DNA from: Vicugna vicugna
Lineage: Eukaryota
DNA: 60,000 nt
Assembly: GCA_013265495.1 (NCBI GenBank)
Contig: MU057719.1
Span: 498,001-558,000, forward strand
Reading direction: 5' to 3'
Shown: piece by piece, positions 1-13,179 of the stretch
Position numbering within the stretch: position 1 is the first letter of the stretch
Layout of the letters: the number at the start of each line of letters is the position of its first letter
The notes under the pieces: generated by a model
Databases searched by the model: none
What the model saw: the letters and a program-made list of their open reading frames with translations, nothing else
What the model was told of the DNA's origin: nothing
Position numbers and translations under genes: made by a program

Positions 1-438
1 GCGCCTGGACACTGGCAGTTACCGCCGAGGGCTCGTCTTCCTGACCTCAGCTTGTCTGTTGTCACGTGGAGGGTGGGGCTGGTCACACGGATCTCTGTGT
101 TTCGGTTGCTGGCACAGGGATGACTGTGGGTGCTCCGTAAAACCTGTGTCCGCCAGGTCAGGCGGTGAGCTGGGTGGCCCCATCTGTGTCCTCACAGTGA
201 ATGAAACCATTGTTCCTACCACGTGTGGCCGTGCAGGGCTTGGGAGAGGAACCCGGTGGGCTCTCTGTGTGGCTGCTCTTTGCTCTCTGGGGGGCTTACG
301 TTCCCTAGGTGGGGGACGGAAAGGACGTGGTCCTCTTGGTCCCCGGTGGTTGCATCACCAGAACAGTCGTGGCTGCCGTTTCTCACCCATCCTGCCCTAG
401 GCTGGGCACGATCTGAGGAGGGGCATGCCACCCCTGCT

Positions 439-537
439 TCATAAATGAGACTGCAGCTCAGAGAGGTCGAGTGACTTCCCCAGGTCACACAGATAGTAAG
501 TGGTAAAACTAGCGCCTGAACTTAGGTCTCCCTCCCT
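439..537 (-). mobile_element. MIR SINE fragment
   Basis: gagactgcagctcagagaggtcgagtgacttccccaggtcacacagatagtaagtgg resembles the reverse complement of the MIR core. Confidence 0.7.
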
Positions 538-2059
538 GCTAGGACGGTTTAGGCAGATTGTGATTCCACAAGCTTCGCCTCCGCTGTTGGGCGGGCCCTG
601 CTGGATGCCCGGCCTCCTTCTCAGGTGGTTCGTGGTGTGTCTGTTTCCGTGGGATGGACAGGGAGGGGGGAGTGCGTGCCTGTTTCCTGTGGGGAATCTG
701 GACACTTTGCTGGCGAGTGGGCAGGGCCTGTCCCCCTCCCTGCTGTCATGGGGTGCCTGTCCGTGGGCCCGTCCAGCTCAAATGCCTGCCACATAGCCCC
801 TCGCTCCAGAGTGCCACACTGGCTTCTTCTGGTGACATCCTATTTTTAGAGGACAGCATTTCGAGTCCCCCTTCCGTCTGAGTTGACCTCAGGTGGGTTA
901 TTGGCCCTAAAGGGGCATAATAGCAGTGTGCACTTACTGAGTATCTGCTGTATACAGAGCCAGGTACTGGGAGGTGTTCAGGGATGGATGCAAGTTGCCC
1001 CTTTGTCTTGTCCTTCCGGAGCCAGCAGGGTATGCTTTATTTTTATTTTTTTTATATCCAAAATGCCTGGAAGCCACCTTGGGTTTAATTACACTAATTA
1101 GGCATGGCCACAATCTGCTGATCTTAATAAGAGAGCGTGTGTGCCTGGAGCAGCTTCGGTTATGAGGCCCTGAGTTTGCTGATGCCAGCAGACAGCCCCT
1201 GCATTTGAACCTTTGAGGCACCGCCGCCCAGACTCTTGACCGCACCACCCGGCAGGCCTTCTCCCCGTAGAACAGACTGGGGACCCCATCTGTTTGGGAC
1301 CCGAGCCTGCCAGGGTTTCCCACTGCCCACACCTCCAGCCTCCAGTCCTTCCCGTCCCTGCCTCGTGTCTGACGCTCCAGCCTGCCCCCTCCACCCCCAC
1401 ACCTTTGCCATCAGTGTCCATCGTGTGCTGTGCCCTTGCTGGAAGACTACCTCTCCTTTTGCTCTGGATCTTCCCGGAGGAGCCAGTCTATTGGCCCTTC
1501 CTCCAGGAAGCCTCCTCTGATTTCATTCTCTTCCCACCCTGCTGCGTTGCGAGCCTGGCCCCTGCCTCCCCACGCTGTGTGCCGGGTATGTACCTCTAAC
1601 TCTTCCTTTCCACACTTTGCTTTAGTAAAACCCACATCGTTCGGGAGCTACACCCTTGCTGCTCACTCTCCAAAACCCAGGATCTGGAGAGCTTCCGAGT
1701 GGGGGATGCCGGCATCCATGTGTGGTGGCCCTCCGCCTCCAAACCAGGGTGAGCCCTCCCCAGGCTTCCTTCCTGGGTCCTGCAAAGCCAGGCCTCTGCT
1801 CCTTTGTTGCTCTGGTCCTTCCTTCGAGGAATGGTCACTGGGCCCCTGGCTGCCAGGCAGGGGTCCATTCCCTGCTCCGAGACGCCTCTGGGTGAGCAGG
1901 AAACACAGTGGGTTGACGAGGTGCCCGTGGACGAAAACGTGGCCTTCAGGTGTCCAGAGAGTGTCCAGAATGCAAGCAGGACACGGTTCCTGAGGCCGCG
2001 GGGTGTGAGGGGCCGATTCTAGCGGAAACAAGGAAGCTGTATCTTTCCTCCTTTTTGAG

Positions 2060-2900
2060 TCTGATTTCTTTTTAATTTTGAAAATATCCTGACACACTTG
2101 AGAGGAAGTTGGTGACTCGGTGCCCTGTATCCCCGAGTGTTTCTGTGTGCTTCCTACAGACGAGGGTCCCCTCCACAACCACAGTGCCGCCACCTGAGCC
2201 CAGAAGACCCATATGTCCACAAATGCCCCTTTCAGCAAAGGGTCAACTTGAGGGCTGGGCCACCCCTCAGCCTGTCTTTGATTTTCCCAACCTTGTTGCT
2301 TTTGAAGGTTCCAGGCAGAACCTTCCCTGGGTTTATTTGCAGAATGTCCCTCCTTTTGGGTTTATTTGCCACCTCCTCGGGTTGGATTCAGGCTTTGCAC
2401 CCGTAGGGGTCGGGCAGCCACGATGCTGCCTTGTCCTGACATCCTGTCTAGCAGGTGGTACATGGTTTCCAAGTGTCCCCTTGCTGGGGGTGTTGGCTTT
2501 GATCACCTGATGAAGGCAGTGTTTGCCGGGGTCTCCACCGTGAGGGCCCTCTGTCCCCCCTCGGAGGTCACAAATATTCCCAGGAAGGAACTTTGAGACA
2601 GCTTCGGGGTCTAGTCCCACCTTCTGCTTTCTTTGCTTTTTCTTTTCCTTTCTTTTCTCTCTCTCTCCACCACTTTGGTTGACGGTTCCTTGTCTTACTC
2701 TGCGGAGTATTACCTGTGTTTGTCAGTGTTTATTTTGATGCCCAGATCGGCTCAGGTGTGACCAGTGGGAATTGCTTAAAGCTGGCTTCCGTGTGTCTTC
2801 TTGAGCCTCCCACCATTTTTGGAGCATCGTCTCTTTCGGGGCACAAGACATCTAAGCTCCTCTTGTATCTTATCTTGTCCGAGCTCAGGACGCAGGCGTG
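2060..2900 (-). mobile_element. Ancient LINE-1 (L1MC-like) 3' fragments
   Basis: Degenerate matches such as cagaatgtccctccttttggg...gattcagg and ggctttgatcacctgatgaaggcagtgtttgccgggg. Boundaries approximate. Confidence 0.55.
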
Positions 2901-4230
2901 TGTCTAAGGAGCTGGCTCCGCAGGGCAGAGGCGTATGTAGGAGCCGAGATCCGGGCGCAGGTGCACCTGCTGCAGGGTGTCCGCACCTCCAGACTCTCTC
3001 AGCAGTCAGACCAGGGCCGTGTGTGCATCTGAGTAAACACAGGCGTGTGTGTGTCCGTGTGCACACATGGGGCTGCACATGTTCACGTGTATATTTGTTT
3101 TCTGTCTCTTCAGCGCTGCCAAGTAGAAATGTGTGACTGCATCTGGCTTTTGAAATTTCTGGGGGTCATGTTTAAAATGTAAAAAGAAATGTATCTCGTT
3201 AATTCTCATAATATATTGTATTTCACCCGTGCCCAGCGGGCTGGGAATCAGATCTGCGGAGGTGAAGAAATCACGTTCTCTTTAAGTGTCAAACACAAAT
3301 GTGCAGAGGAAACAAAACAGATACACAGTACATCTTGTGGCATTAAAATTTCATGCGGGAAGGGCAGTTAGGACGAGGGCCTGGAAAGGCTCCTAAGGGG
3401 GAGGGTAATGACAAGAAGCTTGAGAAACACTGATTTCCCTAACATTAGCATTTCCAGGTGGCAGAGTTTGTGGCCCCCAGCGTGTGCAGCAGGGGGAGGG
3501 CGTGGGGGAGGGGGCGGGGAGGAGGAGGGGAGGGGAGAGGGGAGTGGAGGCTGGTGGACCTGGAGCCTGGTGTTTAGCACTGACCTGCTGACCGGAGGGG
3601 CACTTGCAGGGCTGTGTGGGGCAGGGTTTGAGGCTGGGGTCTGGAGTCAGCAGGAAAGGCTGGTGGGTGTCACCTGCGCAGGTTGTGGGAGGGCACAAGC
3701 TGGCGTTGGTGGCTCATGACCTGTTTGTGCCATGTGCGCTGATTATGAAGATCTGGCTTTGGCATGGGCCGCTGGGGTCAAACCAAGAAGAACGCTGTGT
3801 GTTGGCTGGGGAGGCCATCTTGGGGGACCAACCTCCTCTGTGCCCTGAGCCCCGGAAATGATGTGTCTTGGGGCTTGGGATGGGGGCATGGGGGCTCAGC
3901 TGACAAAGGTGGGTAGCCACAAGGTGCCCCCACCCTGGTGCCTCATTTCAGCCCCCATGAGGTCCTGGTGACCGAGGATGTCCCCTCCTTGGCAGCATGG
4001 TGTCCTCTGGCCCCTGCCTCTTGTCCCTGTGCCCAGGCCATGTCTGTGGCTGTGGCTTCCCAGGAGAAGACGGTGCTGCCGGGCCCGGCGTGGGGTGCCC
4101 TGGTTTAGGCCGATGCCCTGCAGCTCTGGGACTGGGGCCCTACCAGGTGGCCCTCCTCTCTGACTGCCCCCCTTGAATCCAGCTCTTTCTCGCTCGGCAC
4201 CCAGGCGGCCACAGCCACCCCCTCCCAGAG

Positions 4231-4545
4231 CAGCTATTGGCAAACATTTTATGTCGGGGGCCAGGCAGTCAATATTTCTGGCCCTGCGGGCCAGACGGTC
4301 TCTGTCGCAAGAGCTCACCTCTGCCCTCACAGTGCGAGGGCAGCTGTGGATGATCTGTAAACGAGTGTGTGGCTGTGACCGATAACATTTATTTCTGGGG
4401 AACGAAATTTGAATTTCATATACTTTTCGTGTGTTATGAAATCCTATTCTCCCTCTCCTGCCATGAAATCCTAAAAACCTTTCTACTAAGGTCTGTAGGC
4501 TGTACAAAACCAGGCACGGAGCCGGCCCGCTGCTCCCCGTCTGCT
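4231..4545 (-). mobile_element. MER58B-like hAT-Charlie non-autonomous DNA transposon
   Basis: ggcaaacattttatgtcgggggccaggcagtcaatatttctggccctgcgggccagacggtctctgtcgcaa, followed by the gaaatttgaatttcatata segment typical of the longer B form. Confidence 0.75.
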
Positions 4546-5376
4546 TAGAGCCCTTTCCGGGGCCGGCGAAGGTGGCCGCATCCTCCGGGCTGCCCCCTCC
4601 TGGCTCCCATCACAGTTTGCATGAATCACGGTCGTGTCTCCGTTTGTGTCCAGAGCCCTTGGCGTCAGCTGCTCACACAGGAAGTGTTCCGTAGAACAAA
4701 GCTTTTCCACCGCTGATCTTGTGCCAGGAAGTGTGCTGAGCGCTGCCTGGGCGACCTCCTCGCTTCGCGGAACGCGTGTGGCTGGGGCTCTGCTCTCAGC
4801 CCCACTTCTCCGCCGGGGAGGCTGAGGCCCCTCACATCTGGAGCGGCGTCTGGAGCGGCGCTGGCTGCGAACAGGTCCTCCAGCATGTAGTGAGCGAGGT
4901 GCGCTGCCTGGCGGCGGCAGGGCAGCGGGCCCCTGCGTTGTGGCGAGGATCCGGTGATGACAGGTCACTGGCCTGGCTGAGCCCCCATCTCCCCATCTGG
5001 AAGGGGGCTCTCGCAGGCTGTTGGGGGAGCTTAGAGAGAAAGTAAGAGCCTGCCTCCAACCAGGCCGGGTCAGTCTCAGAGCACGTGCCCCCTCCCCACG
5101 CCCAGGGGCCTGACTCGCTCCCCACGGCTGGACACTGGTCCTAGCTCCCCGCTGCCTCCTGGGCCAGCTGCCTTCCCTCCCCCTCCACTGTCCACCTGGC
5201 TTCGCGTTGCCTCTGGGGGCCCAGCCGCAGCAGAGCCTGGAGGGTGGACTGCCAGGGCCCCAGCTCTGCCCCTCCCTCTCTTAATTTACCCTTCCACCTC
5301 AGGCTGTGGGGGGTGGGGGAGGGGGAGGGGATGGATGGAGGATCCTTGGCCGAGGGGTGGAGGGCCCAGGGTTGGG

Positions 5377-5571
5377 GAACGGCAGCACTGCCCCTTCCTC
5401 TGAGGGTGATGGGGGAACACTTGCCAAAAGGGGTCTCATCCTCTGCCGTTTCCTTCCGAGGGAGTCTGGGGTTGAACGGCAGCACCGCCCTCCCCTCTGG
5501 GTGATGGGGGAACACTTGCCAAAAGGGGTCTCACATCCTCTGCCGTTTCCTTCCGAGGGAGTCTGGGGTTG
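5377..5571. repeat. Tandem duplication, 2 x ~97 bp
   Basis: gaacggcagcac...gggtgatgggggaacacttgccaaaaggggtctca...tcctctgccgtttccttccgagggagtctggggtt starts at 5377 and again at 5474. Confidence 0.92.
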
Positions 5572-6844
5572 GAGGGGGCAGGACTTGCTGTCATGTCCTT
5601 TGAGGTGGTGCTGGTCCTCAGCAGGTGCCGAAGCTTGGATCCCTGGGGCCAGGGAGACTGGAGGGCTTCATGGAGGAGGTGGCACTTGAGCTGGTGTTGA
5701 AAACTGGATGCCCTTAGGTAACTAAGGGTTGGAAATGGGTGGATGCTGCAGAGATGGGCTCTATAGGGGCAGAGGCTGGGGTGGGGGGTTCCCACTCTGC
5801 CCCCCAGGCAGATGGCTGCTGCCTGGCCGCTCCCTGTCCTGGGAAGCTTTGTTGTCCGCTGCCCAGCCTCGGGTGACGCTGTGAGACCCTGTGAGGCTGT
5901 GCCCGGGTTAACAGAGAGGTGACAGGCCGTCTTGAGGTCGCACAGCTGCGTGGGGGCCGAGGCCTCAACAACCTGCCCGTGTCCCTTAGTCCCTGGAGGA
6001 CCCTTCACTTTGCTCTTCATTCCACCGGAAAACCAGCCCTTGCATGGGCCTCTGCGGATGAGGAGTCTCGGGGACCACGCAGGGCCTGGACCCAGAGGTG
6101 GCCCGGGGCTGGCCGGCTCTGCCTTCTGGCTGCTTAGCTTCCGGGGGTGGGGTCCCCTCACTTGCTCCCAGGTGACTGGGAGAGGGTCACTCTGGCATTA
6201 CTCAAGTCCCATTCGCCGAACATCCACCCCCAGGCATCCGGCAGAAGAGAGAACCGTGTCCTTCTGAGTGGAGGGAGACAGAATAAAGAATTCGTGAAGA
6301 AAGAGAGATGCAGAGAAAGGCAGCAGGCAGGAGGCTGGGGGCTGCCACTCGGGAAGCTGAGGCAGGCTTCCTGGAGGAGGTGCTGGGGGCCTCTCTGCCA
6401 GCGTGCTTCCTGCCTGCTCTGAGCTGGAACGGGCGCATGGTCTGGAGTGACGTTCAGGCCTGTCATGAAGGGGGCGCTGCCAGAAGGGGTGGTCTCTGGG
6501 CGGGGTCCTCATGTGCCCAAGACGCAGCCCCCTGGCCAGGCCAGCTCTGCCGTGTGAGCGGCTGTGCCTCTGTGCTTCAAATCTCTGCCTACAGAGTGTG
6601 GCTTTTGTGTTTCTGCCTGCCCCATCCACATCCTCCGTCCAGTTCTGTATGGCTGCCCGCTGTCTGCTCCTCCCTCCATGCACCTGGGGACCCTGGGCCG
6701 CCCACTCTGGTGGAGCTGTCTGGGGGCAGCCCCCCAGGGACCCACCCGTTTTCTCACCCTGCGCCTGGCCTGTGCGCCCCAGGCAGTGGGGTGACCGCTG
6801 ACTCATCCCTGGGGTGGGGACAGGCGCAGCACCGGACCCTCTGG

Positions 6845-6990
6845 GACCTGGATTCAAATCCTGGTCTCCACTTCCTGGCTGTGTGACCCCTGCCCCCACC
6901 TCAGGCCCCACCGCCTCTGCTGTAAAGGGGGTTTTGACAGCCACCTCGTGGGGTTTGGCTGAGAGCAGAGGACCCAAAGCTGTCAGCCCA
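6845..6990 (+). mobile_element. MIR SINE fragment
   Basis: cctggattcaaatcctggtctccacttcctggctgtgtgacc (B-box-like plus MIR core). Confidence 0.65.
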
Positions 6991-9900
6991 GTGTCTGGAG
7001 GTGGTACGTGCTCAGTGGATGGTGCCCCCCCCCACCGCACCGGGATCCTCTCCCTCCACGGCCTCACTCTGGGCGTCCGGCCCTTTGGAGCCTGGAAGGA
7101 GGGGTGGGGGGGTCTGCCTCTCCCTGTAGAGGCCCCTCCCCTAGCTCGTGCTCTGGAGCCTGACGGGGGAGAGGTCAGGGCGGGGAGAGGGGTGGCCGCC
7201 GCAGGACCCGCAGACCTGCTTCCACACTGGGCACCACGCTTGGGCGGGACAAGCCCCTGCCCCGCTCAGCCCTGGAAGCTTCGCGAGCAGCCGGGCCGAG
7301 CTCGGGCCGCGCTCTTGGTCCCAGCTCTCCGCCATCGGGGGCCCCCTGGTCAGCATCCTGCAGCTGCCCTGACTGTTCTGGTTTCTGGATCCAAAAGATA
7401 AACAAGAATAACAGACGTGTGGCTGCAGAGGGAGGCTGGGCTGGGCAGTGGGCGCCCGAACTGCCGGCTGGGACGGGGGGTCCCCAGGCGAGGCTCCCCA
7501 CCTGCCAGCGTGGGTTCGGGGGCCTGAGTGCTGCTCAAAACGCACGGTGCTTCTGCTCTGCGCGTTTCGTCTGCAGTCTTCGCAGCGTTCACGTAAGGAT
7601 TAAAGTAACTACTTTCAACGCCGACTCCTTGTGCCCTCGAGCCAGCGTAAACTTTAGGCCGCAAGTGCTTCTGTGGTTTTGCTTTGTTTCGTGCTTTTGG
7701 TTCTAAAGGCAGCATGTGCATGGGTGTCTGGCGAGCGCTGGTCCAGGCGGGAAGGGATCACGGCTGCTGGCCCCCGGCCTCCCGTCCCTCCAGGGGCTGC
7801 TCCTCCTCCGGGTCTTTCCAGGGATGGGGTCCACCCCCAAGTCCTCCGGGGCCCCCGGGGCCCGTTTGTCCTCTGTGGGGGGCGGGGATGCTGGTCAGAG
7901 GACTTGGTAAGGTGCTGCTCACCGCCTCCTGACCAGCTCGCCCGCTCTGCTCGGGGCTTTGGCGGCTGCAGCAGGAGAGGTGTCTCCCGGGACGTGGCGG
8001 GCGGCGGAGTCAGGTGCGGGGTGGGGGTGGCTGTCACAGGCCCAGACGGAGCCATCTTGCAGGTGGGCGGGTTTGGGTTCCAAATGTTTCTCTGTTCCGT
8101 TTGCCTCCTGGTCCCACCCAGCCCTGCCTCTGCCCGGCCTCTCCGCAGACGTACCGTCCACACTTCCAGTTTCCACCACGCTTGCTTGATTGTCACGTCT
8201 GTCTCACCAACGTAGGATGCCTTCGGGGGTGGTGGTGCAGGCACCGTGCTGAGCGCGTGGACGACCCCAGTGCCGGGGAGAGGGGCCAGTGCGGCCCCGC
8301 CTGTCAGGGCCATGCCGTCACGAGAAGCTGGGCCTGGACTTGCCCGGCCTTCCTCCCGCCTGACTCCCAAGGCCCACGTTTTGATCTGCTCCCTGGGGAC
8401 TGGCTCTGGTTGGCAGGAGTGTCCCTGAAGGTGTGGCCCGGTGAGACGGGCGGGCCTCTGCTCCTGGGCCTGGGTGTCCCTCCCGGGAGGACAGAGGTCG
8501 TGGATGCAGCACGGACTGCTCATCTGTCAGCTGCATCCAGGGTGTCAGGTTCTTGGGACTGTTGCCACGTGTCCTGGGCACGCAGGACACTGGGGAGGGT
8601 TCGTCCGTTCACGCCCTGTGTCCAGGTCCCCCTGGGGTGGTGGAAGGTTCTAGAGCCTCACGCTCATGACAGCCACACCCTGAGACGCTCCCTCTCTTGC
8701 CCCCGATCTCCCCCAACTCTTAATTTACTCCTCCGCCCCGGACACCGGGTGTCTGTGTTTTCCTCCCCAGCGCCCAGCTTACCTCAGAGACCCCCGGCAG
8801 TCCTTTTGGTGAGACCAGGGACCTTTCAGATCCGAGCTGTTTCTGTCCTCAGACGATGGTGACTCACGGGTTCTGAGCGCCCGTCTGGGTGCTGGGGAGG
8901 GGGAAGTCTCTCTCCTCCTGAGGTGGCTTTGTCCACGCCCCTCCCCTGCTGTAGGGCCCAGAGGGAGAAGGTGGGAGGCGGGGCCCGGAGACGGGCGCTT
9001 GGGCTCCCCGGCCCCTCTGGCCGCGTCCCCCTGCCCTCTGGGCCTCTGTGCTCCCGGCTGTGGAGGGGCCGGCCGCCGCCGCCTCTCGTGGTGTCGGGGC
9101 ACAGTCGGTGTGGCTAGGGCCCAGAGCTGGAGGCCTGGCTTTGCCACTGACCACCGTGGCCGCCGAGTCTGCCCGTGGCGGGGCCTCGGTCCCGTCCTCT
9201 GCAGGACGGGGGTGAAAGCAGTGTCCTCAGCGGGCGAGGGGACGAGTGGCGTGCGCCCCGTCCAGGCAGCGGGGCGTCACCCAGCCACTCGGAGCGCAGC
9301 CCTGACGCTGCAGCGTGGTCGGGCCTCGGGAGCGTGCTGGGTGGAAGCAGCTGGCGCAGGAGGACAGGCGTCGCGTGACTCCACTTACGTGGAAATGCCC
9401 AGGAGGGACGGGTCCGTGGGGACGGAGAGGAGACGGGGGCGGTCCTGGCGGCTGTCCAGGGCTGGCGGAGGAGGGGGTGAGGTGCCTGCTAACGGGCGTG
9501 GTGGAGGTTCTGGGGCCAGGTGGGGCTGTGAGCGTGCTCAGGTTTATGTCAGGTGTACTGCAGCACAGTGACGGGAGTAGCGCTGCCCTCGAAGGGTTGG
9601 CGGGGGGGCCTGAGGGAGGAGCCGCAGCAGGTGCCTGCCAGGCGGCGCCCGCGGGCACAGGGCACCTTCCCCGTGAGGGCCTCCTCCGTAAGGGACGCTA
9701 AGTCACGTTTGGAGACCACGTCGGTGTACAGGCAAACACACAAACAGCGTACTTAGATACGTGAGTGTTTAGATGTTGTCTTCCAGCTCAGACTCTTCCG
9801 CAGCCCCTAGAAGTGCCGCCGGCAGTGCCCGGTGGCGTCGGGCCCGCGCGGCTGCCCTGGCAGCTGCGGGCAGCGCGGGTGGCCGTCGGGAGGGGCCGGC

Positions 9901-10769
9901 CCAGCAGGTTCCCGCCGGGGGGCTGAGCCGGGGGTCAGGGGGAGACTGCCCGCCCAGGGGCGCGGCCCGGGGTGGGGCCGGGTGTTTCTGTCTCCACTCC
10001 TGCATCCTGGGCCGGCGGCAGCCTCGGGCCCGGAGGGCAGCGCTGGGGAGGCGGGCCGGGTCTGTGGCTGCTGATAGCAGGGACTTGTCTGAGTCCCCGG
10101 TGCCCTCATGGCTCCCTGTAGTGAAGAGGGAAGGCGGGTCCAGGGAGCACCGGAGCTCTCGGGCCACTGGCTTCGTGCTTGTTTCTCAGTTGCCCCACCT
10201 GTAAAATGGGACCATCATGTCTGCTCTAGGTCCTCCGGGGGCGGGAGGGAGGATGGCCCTGGGCTTCTGCAGTCCCTGCAGGGCCACCCGCTGTCGGGGC
10301 GTCTAGAAGGGACGCACGGGATCTGTGCACGTGGACTCGCTCTGTGGAAGCTGCCTTGCCTCTGACCCTGCGGTCTCCTGTCCTTGACCACGTCTTAAGG
10401 AGGGGCGTTGTCACACGGCGCCCCATGTCAGGCCAGCCGCCTGGGAGCTGTGGTCGCCCCAGGAAGCAGCCTGCGGACGCAGCGCCTGCTTCCAGGGCGG
10501 ACGTGTGTTTTCTGAGGTGTCTGGGAGCATCTCGGCTTCCTCGCGTTGGCTGATGGTGCGAGGTTCCTGGAGTCTCCCCGCCCTGCAGGGAGGCTGGGCC
10601 GGGACCCCTGGGGACATCCCATCCTAGAGTCACGTGCGGGCAGTGTGCTTCCTGAGTCTTTCCTGGGCTGGAGCTGAGGGGTGGGCCATGGGGGACACCG
10701 GCTTTGTCTGGAGTGAAGGACTGAGTCAGTAAATCCAGGCTTTCACATCGCCTCCCACCCATCCCCGGG

Positions 10770-10855
10770 GTGTGTGTGTGCGTCTCTGTGTGTGTGTGTG
10801 TCTGTGCCTCTGTGTGTGTCTCTGTGTGTGTGTCTGTGTGTGTGTGTGCCTCTGT

Positions 10856-10896
<41 letters not shown>
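10770..10896. repeat. Compound (TG)n microsatellite with TC/CC interruptions
   Basis: Directly visible TG run; the pure tract is at the 3' end. Confidence 0.97.
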
Positions 10897-10898
<2 letters not shown>

Positions 10899-13179
10899 AG
10901 ATGTGTGTTTGCCGTCTGGCGGAGCTCTGCATGGGCTGTGCAGCTGTGTTCCCCAGGACTGAGGCATCGCATTTCTGGGGCCAGGTGCATGTGTGACAGA
11001 TCTGAGTGGGCGTTGGGGTCGGGAGGCCAGGCTCGGTCTGCCGTCTGCGCGGTGCCCTCTTTGTCTGTCTCCGGCCCTGGTGCGTCTGGACGCTGCCAGC
11101 CACCTCTGGATGGGCTCGGAGCTCACGCCCACTTTCCTTCAAGCGGCCGAGGGGTTTTGCCCACAGGGCTCTGCCCCTCCGTCCTCCCTGCTTGCGGGGA
11201 GCCCTGGCCGCATCCCCATGGCCGCATCCCCACTGCGGGTCAGGAAACAGGTGGTGCAGGTGGCCGCTGAGCAGTGCGTTCTTGCTGCTGGGAACCCTGG
11301 ACCCGCTCTGGGGCCCCATCCTGCCCCCTCTGCCTGTCTGGGCCTCCTGCTGGTGGTGGGAAATGCTCAGCCCGGGAAGGAGGCCAGAGTGACATGGCCC
11401 CGTCTCGCCTTGCCCAGCGGAGGGGCTCTGGCCCTCAGTCTCTCTTCTGCTTTGCCATCTGGTGGCTTGGGGACTGCAGGTCGGCACCTGGGCTGCCTCT
11501 CAGTGGCGGTGGGCAGTGGATCTGGCCAGGACGGTTTCTCGTGCGGGAGCGCTCAGCCCTCTCTGACGTTCCTTGGTCATGATGGGGTCGCCTGTCTCGC
11601 TGTGCCTGCTCTGGGCTGCTCCCAGGGCCACCTGACGATGCTGAAATGATCCTAATTAGTCACGAGACTGGAGGCGCTTAGCTGTGGGTCAGGCCCCAGC
11701 AAAGGGCAGCCCCTGGAGGGAGAGGAGTCATTGACTATTTGGCAGCTCTGGAAACCGAGGCTCTGAAAGCACAGGTGCTTGTCTGAGTCTACCTGTGGGA
11801 GATGGAGGTGGGAGTTCCGAGGCCTCCCGTGCACCTGTGGCCTCCGCAGGGTGTTGGTGGGCCTCTGAGACGTGAGGTTTATCCCTGTGTCAACGCTCCC
11901 ATTGGTAATTCCTACACTGTCACCCACTCTCTGTTCGTAACTCATGTGTGTAATAAAATTTTTTTCCTCAATAAGGGGGAAGATAGAATTTCCATACACC
12001 ACTCCCTCCTCATGCAAATAAACCTTAGGAGAAATGGGCCTGTCATCTCTTTGGGTGTATTTGCGGTAATTTAGCTGCTTAAACGAAACATCTGTCAGCC
12101 CACCGGGCTCAGGCGGGCAGAGCCGCAGATGCAGACGAGAGCGCCTGGGAGGCAGCGTGTTCGCTGCAGGGGCTCGGACTCGTGGCCAGACCCGCCAGCC
12201 TGCAGGTGCCTTTGGCACTGTGACAGGGTGTGGGGGGGCTGGAGCGTTTGTACCCCATCCCCTCGGGTCCCTGAGGACCGCAGGAGCGTCCCTGGTCGTG
12301 GCCTAGCCAGAGGCTGGCAGTGGGCCTCCAGGACCGGGAGGCACCAGCCTCGCCGCTGATGTGCGGACTTGGCCGTGGCCGGGGCCGGGGAGAGGCTGCC
12401 TGCTCCTGCAGCCTGCACACGCCCGAGGGACTTTTAAGCCCAGGCTGTCCTTGCGCTGTTTCCTCCTTCAGGGAGGGAAGGGTGGGTCCCTGTCGTGGTG
12501 GTAGGAGCTAGGCCAGGCCTGAGCCTCAGACCTGCTCCGTGGCTGACGAGGCCAGTGAGCCCCTAGGCCAGCGTCTTAGTCACCCCTTGCCCAGGTCACT
12601 TGGCTCATCTTTCAGATGGGCTGCTGTGTGATGTGTGAGGTCCCTGGGGCCTCGGGCCTTATGCGGGCCCCAGTCCCCGGCTCCTCGTGGGCACCGGATC
12701 GTGAGTGCCTGCCCATCCTCCCCTTTGGAAACTCTGCTCTGTGTGAAATCCAGTTTTGGGACCCGGCAGGCAATGGTTTCTGTTTGAGTCCCGTGTGGTG
12801 CAGTGGGACCGTGCTGGGGCACAGCTGGGCCCTGGCTGGAGAATACCTGGCCCCAGGCCTTTCTGTGAACAGTGGTCACTTCACTTGTAGTTTGATTCTT
12901 GGGGGAGGGGGCTGCGCCTTTTCTCGAGGCCCTTCCTTCCCAACTACCTGTTGGAGATCTCTCTTCCTTTAAGAGCTGCCAGATCTCGCGCCTCCTCCAG
13001 GGAGTCCTCCTGGATTTCTCCAGCTCTTCCTGCAACTGCCACAGGTCACCTGGGCCTCCTGGCTCTTAGGGAACATTTACTGAGCCTGTGAGAGACTTGC
13101 CCTCAGGGTGAGGGAAAGATGAGTGAGACTTGGCGTCTCTTCAAGGGGTCCAGAGTCTCAGGGGAGAGTGGGAGCAGCG

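Noticed and set aside
10226..11487. Thr-His and Val-Cys repeat ORFs
   Set aside because: These are translations of the (TG)n microsatellite.
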